Source: Escherichia coli (GTDB lineage Bacteria; Pseudomonadota; Gammaproteobacteria; Enterobacterales; Enterobacteriaceae). From it: 64,000 nt of DNA. Position numbers and translations under genes: made by a program. Each line of letters begins with the position of its first letter. The stretch's first letter is position 1. Below are positions 1 to 11,781 of the stretch, one piece after another. Location: assembly GCF_003790525.1 (NCBI RefSeq), contig NZ_CP033634.1; one strand, 5' to 3'. The notes under the pieces are model-generated. The model ran no database searches. It saw only the letters and a program-made list of their open reading frames with translations, and was not told the origin of the DNA.

Positions 1-1320
1 CCCAACCGCAGCTACAGCAAACTGGTGGACACACTGCTTTCCATCAAAATTGAAAAACTGCGTACCTTCCTGCGTAATTCACCGGCAGCCAACCTGGTGG
101 AAGAGAAAATTGAGAAAACGGCGATTTCCATCCGTGCTGTGCTGACCAACTACGTGAAAGCCATCCGTTACCTGCAGGGGATTGAGCATAACGGTGAGTC
201 TTTTACCATCCGTGACTGGATGCGTGGTGTCCGGGAAGATCAGAAAAACGGCTGGCTGTTTATCTCGTCGAATGCCGACACCCATGCCTCCCTGAAGCCG
301 GTGATCTCCATGTGGCTGTCCATTGCCATTCGTGGTCTGCTGGCAATGGGAGAAAACCGTAACCGTCGTGTGTGGTTTTTCTGTGACGAGTTACCCACGT
401 TACACAAACTGCCGGACCTGGTGGAGATCCTGCCGGAAGCCCGTAAGTTCGGTGGCTGTTATGTGTTTGGTATCCAGTCCTATGCCCAGCTGGAAGATAT
501 CTACGGTGAGAAAGCGGCGGCCACGCTGTTTGACGTCATGAACACCCGTGCTTTTTTCCGTTCCCCGAGCCATAAGATTGCAGAGTTCGCTGCCGGTGAG
601 ATTGGTGAGAAAGAGCACCTGAAAGCCAGCGAGCAGTATTCCTACGGTGCTGACCCGGTACGTGACGGGGTATCGACCGGTAAGGATATGGAGCGTCAGA
701 CACTGGTCAGTTATTCCGACATTCAGTCTCTGCCGGATCTGACCTGCTATGTCACTCTGCCCGGACCGTATCCGGCAGTAAAACTCTCCCTGAAATATCA
801 GGCACGACCGAAGGTCGCTCCGGAGTTTATTCCGCGTGACATCAACCCGGAAATGGAGAACCGTCTGAGTGCCGTACTTGCTGCAAGGGAAGCAGAAGGT
901 CGCCAGATGGCCAGCCTCTTCGAACCGGAGGTTGCCTCCGGAGAAGGCGTGACTCAGGCTGAACAGCCACAACAGCCACAACAGCCACAACAGCCACAAC
1001 AGCCACAACAGCCACAACAGCCACAACAGCCACAACAGCCAGTGTCTTCTGTCATGAATGATAAGAAGTCAGATGCAGGTGTGAGTGTTCCGGCAGGGGG
1101 GATCGAGCAGGAGCTGAAAATGAAACCGGAAGAAGAGATGGAACAGCAACTGCCACCCGGGATCAGTGAATCCGGTGAAGTGGTGGATATGGCCGCTTAT
1201 GAGGCATGGCAACAGGAAAATCATCCGGACATCCAGCAGCAGATGCAGCGTCGTGAAGAGGTGAACATTAATGTGCACCGGGAGCGCGGGGAGGATGTTG
1301 AGCCGGGAGATGATTTCTGA
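1..1320 (+). CDS. traD: Conjugative coupling protein TraD, C-terminal part (gene begins upstream of window)
   Basis: Open frame from nt 1 to TGA at 1318-1320; C-terminus has the QPQ repeat array and ...EDVEPGDDF tail typical of F-like TraD; stop overlaps the traI ATG. Confidence 0.93.
   Translation, partial: PNRSYSKLVDTLLSIKIEKLRTFLRNSPAANLVEEKIEKTAISIRAVLTNYVKAIRYLQGIEHNGESFTIRDWMRGVREDQKNGWLFISSNADTHASLKPVISMWLSIAIRGLLAMGENRNRRVWFFCDELPTLHKLPDLVEILPEARKFGGCYVFGIQSYAQLEDIYGEKAAATLFDVMNTRAFFRSPSHKIAEFAAGEIGEKEHLKASEQYSYGADPVRDGVSTGKDMERQTLVSYSDIQSLPDLTCYVTLPGPYPAVKLSLKYQARPKVAPEFIPRDINPEMENRLSAVLAAREAEGRQMASLFEPEVASGEGVTQAEQPQQPQQPQQPQQPQQPQQPQQPQQPVSSVMNDKKSDAGVSVPAGGIEQELKMKPEEEMEQQLPPGISESGEVVDMAAYEAWQQENHPDIQQQMQRREEVNINVHRERGEDVEPGDDF
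964..1041 (+). repeat. 9-bp tandem repeat (CAGCCACAA x8 plus partial unit) encoding the TraD C-terminal QPQ array
   Basis: Read directly from sequence. Confidence 0.9.
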
Positions 1321-4300
1321 TGTTGAGTTTTAGCGTTGTTAAATCGGCAGGCAGTGCCGGAAACTATTACACCGACAAGGATAATTACTATGTGCTGGGT
1401 AGCATGGGAGAACGCTGGGCCGGTCAGGGGGCTGAACAGCTTGGGCTGCAGGGCAGCGTCGATAAGGATGTTTTTACCCGTCTTCTGGAGGGCAGGCTGC
1501 CGGACGGGGCGGATTTAAGCCGCATGCAGGATGGCAGTAATAAGCATCGTCCCGGCTACGACCTGACCTTCTCCGCCCCCAAAAGTGTCTCCATGATGGC
1601 CATGCTCGGGGGGATAAACGTCTTATTGATGCACATAACCAGGCTGTGGATTTTGCTGTCCGTCAGGTGGAGGCGCTGGCTTCCACACGGGTGATGACGG
1701 ACGGACAGTCAGAAACGGTGCTGACCGGTAATCTGGTGATGGCACTGTTTAACCATGACACCAGTCGCGATCAGGACCCACAGTTACACACGCATGTGGT
1801 GGTGGCTAATGTCACGCAGCATAACGGCGAGTGGAAGACACTGAGCAGTGACAAAGTGGGGAAAACCGGATTTTCCGAGAACGTGCTCGCGAACCGGATT
1901 GCGTTCGGGAAAATATATCAGAGTGAGTTACGTCAGCGCGTTGAGGCGCTGGGTTATGAAACCGAAGTGGTCGGTAAGCACGGTATGTGGGAGATGCCGG
2001 GCGTACCGGTGGAGGCCTTTTCCGGACGCTCACAGGCTATCCGGGAGGCCGTCGGGGAAGATGCCTCGCTGAAATCCCGGGATGTGGCGGCACTGGATAC
2101 GCGAAAATCCAAACAGCACGTCGATCCGGAAATCAGAATGGCTGAATGGATGCAGACGCTGAAGGAAACCGGGTTCGACATCCGGGCATATCGTGACGCG
2201 GCGGATCAGCGTGCGGAGACCCGCACGCAGGCGCCCGGGGCTGTTTCACAGGAGGGGCCGGATGTGCAGCAGGCGGTGACACAGGCCATTGCCGGATTAA
2301 GTGAACGAAAAGTGCAGTTCACGTATACGGACGTGCTGGCCAGGACGGTCGGCATACTGCCGCCGGAAAATGGTGTGATTGAACGGGCACGCGCCGGTAT
2401 CGATGAGGCCATCAGCCGTGAGCAGCTTGTCCCCCTCGATCGTGAGAAGGGGCTGTTCACGTCCGGGATTCATGTGCTCGATGAGCTGTCAGTCCGGGCA
2501 CTCAGTCGTGACATCATGAAACAGAACCGGGTGACCGTACATCCGGAGAAAAGTGTCCCCCGGACGGCCGGTTACAGCGATGCCGTCAGTGTTCTGGCAC
2601 AGGATCGCCCGTCGCTGGCCATTGTGTCCGGGCAGGGCGGTGCAGCCGGGCAGCGTGAGCGGGTGGCTGAACTGGTCATGATGGCCCGGGAGCAGGGGCG
2701 GGAGGTGCAGATTATCGCTGCTGACCGTCGCTCGCAGATGAACCTGAAGCAGGATGAACGGCTGTCCGGTGAGCTGATAACCGGACGTCGTCAGCTGCAG
2801 GAGGGCATGGTCTTCACGCCGGGCAGTACCGTTATCGTTGACCAGGGCGAAAAACTCTCCCTGAAAGAGACGTTAACCCTGCTGGACGGTGCCGCACGTC
2901 ATAACGTACAGGTCCTGATAACCGACAGCGGGCAGCGAACCGGTACAGGCAGTGCGCTGATGGCCATGAAGGATGCCGGGGTGAACACGTATCGCTGGCA
3001 GGGCGGAGAACAGCGACCGGCCACCATCATCAGTGAACCGGACCGGAATGTCCGCTATGACCGGCTGGCCGGAGATTTTGCGGCCAGCGTGAAAGCCGGA
3101 GAAGAGAGCGTGGCACAGGTCAGCGGGGTACGGGAACAGGCCATACTGACACAGGCCATTCGCAGTGAGCTGAAAACACAGGGCGTGCTCGGACACCCGG
3201 AGGTGACCATGACCGCCCTGTCACCGGTCTGGCTGGACAGCCGGAGCCGTTATCTGCGGGATATGTACCGACCGGGGATGGTGATGGAGCAGTGGAACCC
3301 GGAGACACGCAGTCATGACCGCTATGTTATCGACCGGGTGACGGCGCAGAGTCACAGCCTGACCCTGCGGGATGCGCAGGGCGAAACGCAGGTGGTGCGT
3401 ATTTCCTCCCTGGACAGCAGCTGGTCGCTGTTCCGGCCGGAAAAAATGCCGGTGGCAGACGGCGAGCGACTGAGGGTGACAGGGAAAATTCCCGGACTCC
3501 GCGTCTCCGGCGGTGACCGCCTGCAGGTGGCATCCGTCAGTGAAGATGCGATGACGGTTGTTGTGCCGGGGCGGGCTGAACCGGCCACCCTGCCTGTGGC
3601 TGATTCACCGTTCACGGCACTGAAGCTGGAGAACGGCTGGGTGGAAACGCCCGGGCATTCCGTCAGCGACAGTGCGAAGGTTTTTGCCTCCGTCACACAG
3701 ATGGCAATGGACAACGCCACCCTGAACGGTCTGGCCCGCAGTGGTCGTGATGTCCGGCTGTATTCTTCACTGGATGAAACCCGTACTGCGGAAAAACTTG
3801 CCCGCCATCCCTCCTTTACGGTGGTTTCTGAGCAGATAAAGGCGCGTGCCGGTGAGACATTGCTGGAAACCGCTATCAGTCTGCAGAAAGCCGGGCTTCA
3901 CACGCCGGCACAGCAGGCTATTCATCTGGCCCTTCCTGTGCTGGAAAGTAAAAACCTGGCCTTCAGCATGGTGGACCTGCTGACAGAGGCGAAGTCGTTT
4001 GCTGCAGAAGGAACCAGTTTTACTGAACTGGGAGGGGAAATCAATGCGCAGATAAAACGCGGTGATTTACTGTATGTGGATGTGGCAAAAGGCTATGGCA
4101 CAGGCCTGCTGGTTTCCCGTGCGTCGTATGAGGCAGAAAAGAGCATTCTTCGCCATATTCTCGAAGGTAAGGAGGCGGTCACGCCGCTGATGGAGAGAGT
4201 ACCTGGCGAACTCATGGAGAAACTGACATCAGGACAGCGTGCCGCCACCCGCATGATACTGGAAACGTCCGACCGTTTCACGGTGGTGCAGGGCTATGCC

Positions 4301-6589
4301 GGTGTGGGTAAGACCACACAGTTCCGGGCGGTGATGTCAGCCGTGAACATGCTGCCGGAGAGTGAGCGTCCCCGTGTCGTTGGGCTGGGTCCCACGCACC
4401 GCGCGGTCGGGGAGATGCGCAGCGCCGGCGTGGATGCACAGACACTGGCGTCCTTTCTGCATGACACGCAGCTGCAGCAGCGCAGCGGAGAAACGCCGGA
4501 TTTCAGCAACACGCTGTTCCTGCTCGATGAGAGCTCAATGGTGGGCAATACCGACATGGCACGGGCATACGCCCTGATTGCGGCCGGTGGCGGTCGTGCT
4601 GTGGCCAGCGGTGACACGGACCAGCTGCAGGCCATCGCGCCCGGTCAGCCTTTCCGTCTCCAGCAGACGCGCAGTGCTGCCGATGTGGTCATCATGAAGG
4701 AGATTGTGCGTCAGACGCCGGAACTGCGGGAGGCGGTATACAGCCTGATTAACCGGGATGTGGAAAGGGCACTGTCCGGGCTTGAGAGTGTGAAACCGTC
4801 TCAGGTTCCCCGTCAGGAGGGCGCATGGGCACCGGAGCACTCCGTGACGGAGTTCAGTCACAGCCAGGAAGCGAAACTGGCAGAAGCGCAGCAGAAGGCG
4901 ATGCTGAAAGGCGAGGCTTTCCCGGATATCCCCATGACACTGTATGAAGCCATTGTCCGCGACTATACCGGCAGGACACCGGAAGCACGGGAGCAGACGC
5001 TGATTGTCACACACCTGAATGAGGACCGGCGCGTACTGAACAGCATGATTCATGATGCACGGGAAAAGGCCGGTGAGCTGGGCAAAGAGCAGGTCATGGT
5101 GCCTGTCCTGAACACAGCGAATATACGTGACGGAGAACTGCGTCGTCTCTCCACCTGGGAGAATAACCCGGATGCCCTTGCCCTGGTGGATAGTGTGTAT
5201 CACCGGATTGCCGGTATCAGCAAGGATGACGGGCTGATAACCCTGCAGGATGCGGAAGGTAACACGCGGCTGATTTCGCCCCGGGAGGCGGTGGCTGAAG
5301 GCGTCACACTGTACACCCCGGACACCATCCGGGTGGGAACCGGTGACCGGATGCGCTTCACGAAGAGTGACCGGGAGCGCGGTTATGTGGCCAACAGCGT
5401 CTGGACGGTGACAGCGGTTTCAGGTGACAGTGTCACGTTGTCGGACGGACAGCAGACCCGGGTGATTCGCCCCGGTCAGGAGCGGGCAGAGCAACATATT
5501 GACCTGGCTTATGCCATCACCGCCCACGGTGCGCAGGGGGCAAGTGAAACCTTTGCCATCGCGCTTGAAGGCACGGAAGGTAACCGGAAACTGATGGCAG
5601 GCTTTGAGTCAGCTTATGTAGCCCTGTCGCGTATGAAGCAGCATGTGCAGGTGTACACCGATAACCGTCAGGGCTGGACGGATGCCATCAACAATGCCGT
5701 ACAGAAAGGAACTGCCCACGATGTGTTTGAACCGAAACCGGACCGGGAGGTCATGAATGCAGAGCGGCTGTTCAGTACGGCGCGGGAGCTGCGGGACGTG
5801 GCGGCAGGCCGTGCCGTTCTTCGTCAGGCGGGACTTGCCGGGGGAGACAGTCCTGCACGGTTTATTGCTCCGGGACGTAAATATCCGCAACCGTATGTGG
5901 CACTGCCGGCTTTTGACCGTAACGGCAGGTCCGCCGGTATCTGGCTGAACCCGCTGACCACGGATGACGGAAACGGGCTGCGGGGATTCAGCGGTGAAGG
6001 CCGGGTGAAAGGCAGCGGGGATGCACAGTTTGTGGCCCTGCAGGGCAGCCGTAACGGAGAGAGCCTGCTGGCTGATAATATGCAGGATGGTGTCCGGATT
6101 GCCCGTGATAATCCTGACAGCGGTGTGGTGGTGAGAATCGCCGGTGAAGGCCGTCCGTGGAATCCCGGTGCCATCACCGGTGGTCGCGTGTGGGGGGATA
6201 TCCCGGACAACAGCGTCCAGCCGGGGGCCGGAAATGGTGAACCGGTTACAGCTGAAGTGCTGGCACAGCGGCAGGCTGAAGAGGCCATCCGCCGTGAAAC
6301 GGAACGTCGCGCAGATGAAATTGTCCGTAAAATGGCAGAGAACAAACCTGACCTGCCGGATGGCAGAACAGAGCAGGCTGTCAGGGAGATTGCCGGGCAG
6401 GAGCGTGACCGGGCTGCCATAACTGAACGGGAAGCCGCGCTGCCGGAGAGTGTGCTGCGTGAATCACAACGGGAGCGGGAAGCGGTCCGGGAGGTTGCCC
6501 GGGAAAATCTGCTGCAGGAGCGTCTGCAGCAGATGGAGCGGGATATGGTCCGTGACCTGCAGAAAGAGAAAACCCTGGGCGGAGACTGA
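1320..6589 (+). CDS. traI: TraI relaxase/helicase; frame interrupted by an apparent 1-nt loss in a G6 run near 1608-1613 (ORFs 1320-1694 and 1646-6589)
   Basis: N-terminus [35 protein letters not shown] and the 1647-aa downstream ORF both match recalled F TraI; the two ORFs are in different frames and together give full length. Confidence 0.85.
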
Positions 6590-6608
6590 TACAGGAAGAC
6601 AAACACTG

Positions 6609-7355
6609 ATGACAACGGATAACACGAATACGACACGTAACGATTCACTGGCTGCACGGACCGATACCTGGTTGCAGTCGTTTCTGGTCTGGTCACCCGG
6701 ACAGCGGGATATCATCAAAACGGTGGCACTGGTGCTGATGGTACTGGACCACATCAATCTGATATTCCAGCTGAAGCAGGAATGGATGTTTCTGGCCGGG
6801 CGAGGAGCCTTTCCGCTGTTTGCCCTGGTGTGGGGGCTGAATCTGTCCCGTCATGCGCATATCCGGCAACCGGCCATTAACCGGCTGTGGGGATGGGGAA
6901 TTATTGCCCAGTTCGCATATTATCTGGCCGGCTTTCCCTGGTATGAGGGGAATATCCTGTTTGCCTTTGCAGTGGCGGCACAGGTGCTGACGTGGTGTGA
7001 AACGCGCAGTGGGTGGCGTACAGCAGCGGCCATTCTTCTGATGGCCCTGTGGGGGCCCTTGTCCGGCACCAGTTACGGCATTGCCGGGCTGCTGATGCTG
7101 GCAGTCAGCCACCGGCTGTACCGGGCGGAAGACAGAGCGGAACGTCTGGCGCTGGTCGCCTGCCTGCTGGCTGTTATTCCGGCGCTTAACCTTGCCACCA
7201 GTGATGCAGCGGCGGTGGCCGGTCTTGTGATGACGGTGCTGACCGTTGGTCTGGTGTCGTGTGCAGGAAAATCATTACCCCGTTTCTGGCCCGGGGATTT
7301 TTTCCCGGTATTCTACGCCTGTCATCTGGCTGTGCTGGGCGTTCTGGCGCCGTGA
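6609..7355 (+). CDS. traX: TraX F-pilin acetylase
   Basis: MTTDNTNTTRNDSLAARTDTWLQS... near-identical to recalled F TraX; ATG at 6609 inside the longer listed ORF. Confidence 0.9.
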   Translation: MTTDNTNTTRNDSLAARTDTWLQSFLVWSPGQRDIIKTVALVLMVLDHINLIFQLKQEWMFLAGRGAFPLFALVWGLNLSRHAHIRQPAINRLWGWGIIAQFAYYLAGFPWYEGNILFAFAVAAQVLTWCETRSGWRTAAAILLMALWGPLSGTSYGIAGLLMLAVSHRLYRAEDRAERLALVACLLAVIPALNLATSDAAAVAGLVMTVLTVGLVSCAGKSLPRFWPGDFFPVFYACHLAVLGVLAP

Positions 7356-7409
7356 CGGGTGTGGTATCTTTGACCGTAACAGGATGATTCGTCAGAGGCA
7401 GAACACAGC

Positions 7410-7970
7410 ATGACAGAGCAGAAGCGACCGGTACTGACACTGAAGCGGAAAACGGAAGGGGAGACGCCTGTCCGCAGCCGGAAAACCATCATCAATGTCA
7501 CCACGCCACCAAAGTGGAAGGTGAAAAAGCAGAAGCTGGCCGAGAAAGCAGCCCGGGAAGCAGAGCTGGCGGCAAAAAAAGCGCAGGCCAGACAGGCACT
7601 GTCCATTTATCTGAACCTGCCCACGCTGGATGAGGCCGTGAATACCCTGAAACCCTGGTGGCCGGGATTGTTTGACGGTGACACGCCCCGGCTTCTGGCC
7701 TGCGGTATCCGGGACGTGTTACTGGAAGACGTGGCGCAGCGGAATATCCCGCTCTCGCATAAAAAACTGCGCAGGGCGCTGAAGGCCATCACCCGTTCAG
7801 AAAGCTATCTGTGTGCCATGAAAGCCGGTGCCTGCCGGTATGACACGGAAGGGTATGTGACGGAGCATATTTCTCAGGAGGAGGAAGCGTATGCGGCAGC
7901 GCGTCTGGATAAAATCCGCCGCCAGAACCGGATAAAGGCAGAACTTCAGGCCGTGCTTGATGAGAAATAA
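7410..7970 (+). CDS. finO: FinO fertility-inhibition RNA chaperone
   Basis: 186-aa product [14 protein letters not shown]... matches recalled F/R100 FinO; position after traX is canonical. Confidence 0.92.
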   Translation: MTEQKRPVLTLKRKTEGETPVRSRKTIINVTTPPKWKVKKQKLAEKAAREAELAAKKAQARQALSIYLNLPTLDEAVNTLKPWWPGLFDGDTPRLLACGIRDVLLEDVAQRNIPLSHKKLRRALKAITRSESYLCAMKAGACRYDTEGYVTEHISQEEEAYAAARLDKIRRQNRIKAELQAVLDEK

Positions 7971-8557
7971 AAAAGCCTCCGTCAGAGAGAGGAGGCAGGG
8001 AAATAAGGCTTAAAGGAAATAACTTCCGTACCCAAAAGGAAATCGGTCCACTGAATTATTTAACACCATAATGTTGACGGGTTAAAGAGGAGTGATAAAG
8101 ATGAATGGATTCAGAAACAGTTCACGGAACGGTCAGGTCTGGCGCTGGCAGCGTGCCGGAAGCCGGGCCGTTATTCTGGAGGTCAGTGGACGCTGGATGG
8201 AAGCGGCAGAAGCATGGCGACGGGCTGCCGGTGTTGCACCCCGGACAGACTGGCAGCAGTTTGCCCGAAAAAGGGCTGAACAATGCCACCGACGCTGCCG
8301 GGGAAGGGTGTAACGAAAAAGCAGCCTTCATTACTCCAGGGATTCAGAAGGCTGAATAATGCATGAGATTTGCTTTTTTTAATATCCGGTCGGGCAGTAT
8401 GACCGGACAGTTCTGAGTAGCACAGAGTTTTTTCCGTATTAAGTCGTGATTTTATATTTTGTGATTAATTTCGCAAAATAAGGTGTTATTCAGTGTGTGC
8501 TGCGATATTCAGGATTACCTGAAATACAGGTGCCATTTATCTGATATGGAGAATAAT

Positions 8558-9019
8558 ATGAGGAAATATATTCCACTGGTATTATTTATCTTTTCATGGC
8601 CGGTATTGTGTGCAGATATTCATGGACGGGTTGTTCGTGTACTGGACGGTGATACCATCGAGGTCATGGACTCACGGAAGGCAGTGCGGATCAGGCTGGT
8701 AAATATTGATGCACCGGAAAGGAAACAGGATTATGGCCGGTGGTCAACGGACATGATGAAATCACTGGTTGCAGGAAAAACGGTTACCGTCACATATTTT
8801 CAGCGAGATCGTTATGGTCGTATTCTCGGGCAGGTTTATGCACCAGACGGAATGAATGTTAATCAGTTTATGGTCCGGGCCGGGGCTGCCTGGGTATATG
8901 AGCAGTACAACACAGATCCCGTGCTGCCTGTCCTTCAGAACGAAGCCAGACAACAAAAACGTGGGCTCTGGTCAGATGCTGATCCGGTTCCCCCCTGGAT
9001 ATGGAGACACCGTAAATAA
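8558..9019 (+). CDS. Secreted thermonuclease-family (staphylococcal-nuclease-like) endonuclease
   Basis: Signal-peptide-like N-terminus MRKYIPLVLFIFSWPVLCA then SNase-like motifs (LDGDTIEV, RLVNIDAPE, DRYGRILGQVY); GGAG 6 nt before the ATG at 8558. Confidence 0.75.
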   Translation: MRKYIPLVLFIFSWPVLCADIHGRVVRVLDGDTIEVMDSRKAVRIRLVNIDAPERKQDYGRWSTDMMKSLVAGKTVTVTYFQRDRYGRILGQVYAPDGMNVNQFMVRAGAAWVYEQYNTDPVLPVLQNEARQQKRGLWSDADPVPPWIWRHRK

Positions 9020-9064
9020 AGCGATGGCAATCTTATCATTCATCTGTTCTCAGCGGGAATAAAA

Positions 9065-9274
9065 ATGGCGAAAACAAAACAGGAATGGCTGTATCAGTTA
9101 CGGCGATGTTCATCAGTCAATACGCTGGAAAAAATTATTCATAAAAACAGAGACAGTTTATTAAACAGTGAACGTGAATCATTTAATTCAGCAGCAGACC
9201 ACCGGTTAGCGGAATTAATCACCGGAAAGTTATATGACAGGATACCAAAAGAGATATGGAAATATGTAAGGTAA
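9065..9274 (+). CDS. Hypothetical small protein
   Basis: 69-aa ORF between nuclease and DUF2726 genes in the same orientation; no recognisable domain. Confidence 0.4.
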   Translation: MAKTKQEWLYQLRRCSSVNTLEKIIHKNRDSLLNSERESFNSAADHRLAELITGKLYDRIPKEIWKYVR

Positions 9275-9311
9275 TAATTCAACATAATTAATTTCCAGGA
9301 ACAGATAAATA

Positions 9312-9902
9312 ATGAAGTTGATTATTTTTATTCTCATTGTTCTGATTATTGCAGCGTTACTTATCCGGATTATCCTCAGAAGTGTAAATCAGCATTCTCC
9401 TTTGCTGATGCAGTTACATGCGGCAGGTATACGGACCGGTGATGCAGAGCGAATACTGTCCGGCGGTGAATACTGGCAACGTCAGAAGACGCTGCTGACA
9501 GAAAGGGAAGTCAGTTTTATGAAAGGACTGTTCAGAATTGTGGATATGAAGCGGTGGTATCTGTGTCCGCAGGTACGGGTCGCGGATATCGTCCAGCTGA
9601 ACGGGAATATCCGGCCACGATCACGCCAGTGGTGGCAGTTATTCAGGATGGTGTCTCAGTGGCATGTTGATGTGGTTATCGTTGAGCAGCGTTCGTTCAG
9701 TATTGTTGCAGCAGTAGAGCTGGATGATGCCAGCCATTTACGACCGGAACGCAGACGCCGGGATATTCTTCTGGAAGAGGTTCTGAGGCAGGCTGGTATT
9801 CCGTTGCTCAGAAGCCACGATGCCAGAAAACTGCTGCAGATGACCGGAGAATGGCTGAATACAACAGGGGCTGATCAGCAGTCCCCGGAACATCGTAGCT
9901 GA
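9312..9902 (+). CDS. DUF2726-like (nuclease-related fold) protein with N-terminal transmembrane helix
   Basis: Hydrophobic N-terminus; central WHVDVVIVE and ELDDASH segments recalled as typical of DUF2726 proteins common downstream of finO in IncF plasmids. Confidence 0.65.
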   Translation: MKLIIFILIVLIIAALLIRIILRSVNQHSPLLMQLHAAGIRTGDAERILSGGEYWQRQKTLLTEREVSFMKGLFRIVDMKRWYLCPQVRVADIVQLNGNIRPRSRQWWQLFRMVSQWHVDVVIVEQRSFSIVAAVELDDASHLRPERRRRDILLEEVLRQAGIPLLRSHDARKLLQMTGEWLNTTGADQQSPEHRS

Positions 9903-10056
9903 CGCCTTCGCGTTGCTCAGTTGTCCAACCCCGGAAACGGGAAAAAGCAAGTTTTCCCCGCTCCCGGCGTTTCCGTAATAAAAAACGGGAAATGGTGGTC
10001 ACAGAATAAATTCCGGAACTACCTGTACCCAAACTTTATATAATAAAGGTGAATAT

Positions 10057-10506
10057 ATGGAATATGATGATGTATCAGAATTGATGATTAAGCGTGAACA
10101 CAATATTCTTATTGTTGGGAATTCTGCCTCCCACATTGATAAGTTTTTTAAGGAGTATTCTATACCAAGTTCTAAATATTATGATTTCACTCAGATTAAC
10201 AGTGATTCAGATGTAGAGAGAAATGAGAATGCTGTCTCTTTTATCAGGGATGCAATGAATAGTGAAGAGCTCACAATCATTTTTAATTGCGTTGGGTGGC
10301 CTGATTTAGGTGGTGGAGCAGCAGTATCACAGTTTGCAATGATGGCCAGAAAATTTGGTAAACAACTTATTGTCGCTGTAAGTGAAAAGGATGCCATCAA
10401 ATTAAAAGACAACTTTGATATTATTGGGATGTTGTCATATGGTAAAGAAAATTTTATTGCCATGAGTCATACGAAAAGCGAGTTAACTGGAGGGAAACGT
10501 CGGTAA
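10057..10506 (+). CDS. Hypothetical 149-aa protein in an AT-rich segment flanked by imperfect direct repeats
   Basis: Clean ORF with ATG start; Rossmann-like ILIVGNSA and GGG-containing segments; function unassigned. Confidence 0.5.
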   Translation: MEYDDVSELMIKREHNILIVGNSASHIDKFFKEYSIPSSKYYDFTQINSDSDVERNENAVSFIRDAMNSEELTIIFNCVGWPDLGGGAAVSQFAMMARKFGKQLIVAVSEKDAIKLKDNFDIIGMLSYGKENFIAMSHTKSELTGGKRR

Positions 10507-10649
10507 CGGATTAAAAATAGATGTAAATAAAAAGCATACTTATTGGCTGGAGTGACGCCTTCGTGCTTCGGTAGTAAAAAACGGGAAATGAAGGTAATAG
10601 TCAGCAACAGGGAATGTGGTATTATCGCGGCGGGTGTCTGAGCCTTTCT

Positions 10650-10740
10650 GGTTCAGGCAAGACGCAGGTACCAGAAATGCGAAGACCCCACTTGTTAATC
10701 CATTAACTCGTGAGGTCTGCATGAAGTACTTGAACACTAC
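10650..10740 (-). ncRNA. Putative SrnC-like antisense RNA (approximate)
   Basis: Position inferred from the Hok/Sok paradigm (antisense across the leader start region); promoter not identified. Confidence 0.3.
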
Positions 10741-10927
10741 TGATTGTAGCCTCTTCCTTGCAGAGAGGTCAAAGTTTATGACGAAATATGCCCTTATCGG
10801 GTTGCTCGCCGTGTGCGCCACGGTGTTGTGTTTTTCACTGATATTCAGGGAACGGTTATGTGAACTGAATATTCACAGGGGAAATACAGTGGTGCAGGTA
10901 ACTCTGGCCTACGAAGCACGGAAGTAA
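10721..10927 (+). CDS. SrnB leader/overlapping reading frame (mok-like) of Hok-family type I toxin locus
   Basis: In-frame upstream ATG at 10721 (MKYLNTTDCSLFLAERSKF) ahead of the toxin ORF, the arrangement recalled for srnB. Confidence 0.5.
   Translation: MKYLNTTDCSLFLAERSKFMTKYALIGLLAVCATVLCFSLIFRERLCELNIHRGNTVVQVTLAYEARK
10778..10927 (+). CDS. srnB: SrnB, Hok/Gef-family membrane toxin (type I toxin-antitoxin)
   Basis: MTKYALIGLLAVCATVLCFSLIFRERLCELNIHRGNTVVQVTLAYEARK, a typical ~50-aa Hok-family peptide; GAGAGG before the ATG at 10778. Confidence 0.8.
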   Translation: MTKYALIGLLAVCATVLCFSLIFRERLCELNIHRGNTVVQVTLAYEARK

Positions 10928-11210
10928 GCTGCCGGGCGGGGACGGAAGTCCCCGCTTTCCGGGAGTGTGAGGTATTTCAGGGGCAGACACCCTACACGTC
11001 AGAAACCGCCGGTCCCGCCCGGGGCCGGCACACAGGTTAAGGCATTTCCTGTTTTTCAGCCATTTCGCAACAAAATTCACACTAAACGACAGTAATCCCC
11101 GTTGATTTGTGCGCCAACACAGATCGTCGTCACAATTCTCAAGTCGCTGATTTCAAAAAACTGTAGTATCCTCTGCGAAACGATCCCTGTTTGAGTATTG
11201 AGGAGGCGGG

Positions 11211-11471
11211 ATGTCGCAGATCGAAAATGCAGTAACTTCCTCACCGAAACGCATTTACAGAAAAGGTAATCCGTTAACCGGAGCCGAGAAACAACGTATA
11301 TCTGTTTCCCGGAAAAAGGGGACACATAAAGCGATTAATGTTTTCATCCAGAGTGAACTCAAAGATGATTTGACACAGCTTTGTAAAGATTCGGGCTTAA
11401 CTCAAAAAGAAATGATAGAGCACTGGATTTTGAAAGAAAAAGCTGCGATGGATAATGCGAATAGAAGGTAA
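11211..11471 (+). CDS. copB: RepA2/CopB replication copy-number repressor (IncFII)
   Basis: MSQIENAVTSS... resembles recalled R100 RepA2; AGGAGG before the ATG; directly upstream of the tap-repA1 unit. Confidence 0.85.
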   Translation: MSQIENAVTSSPKRIYRKGNPLTGAEKQRISVSRKKGTHKAINVFIQSELKDDLTQLCKDSGLTQKEMIEHWILKEKAAMDNANRR

Positions 11472-11569
11472 CTAAGTTACTTTCTTGAACATTTGAATTG
11501 CGGATGCTAGATTACTGATCGTTTAAGGAATTTTGTGGCTGGCCACGCCGTAAGGTGGCAGGGAACTGG

Positions 11570-11670
11570 TTCTGATGTGGATTTACAGGAGCCAGAAAAG
11601 TGAAAACCCCGATAATCTTCAGCAAGTTTGGCGACTAAGAGAAGATTAACGGGGCCATCTAAAAACCGTA
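11570..11670 (-). ncRNA. copA: Putative CopA antisense RNA (approximate)
   Basis: Inferred from the canonical IncFII arrangement between copB and tap; exact ends not determined. Confidence 0.35.
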
Positions 11671-11706
11671 TAGCCAACAATTCAGCTATGCGGGGAGTAT
11701 AGTTAT

Positions 11707-11781
11707 ATGCCCGGAAAAGTTCAAGACTTCTTTCTGTGCTCGCTCCTTCTGCGCATTGTAAGTGCAGGATGGTGTGACTGA
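11707..11781 (+). CDS. tap: Tap/RepA6 leader peptide, translationally coupled to repA1
   Basis: 24-codon [27 protein letters not shown] whose stop overlaps the repA1 GTG start. Confidence 0.7.

Noticed and set aside
400-1035. Minus-strand ORF of 211 aa with LWLLW repeats opposite traD
   Set aside because: It is the antisense reading of the traD QPQ repeat and lies wholly inside a well-supported conserved gene.
5824-6696. Minus-strand 290-aa ORF, and many similar ORFs, inside traI
   Set aside because: High-GC shadow ORFs antisense to a conserved gene, with no independent support.
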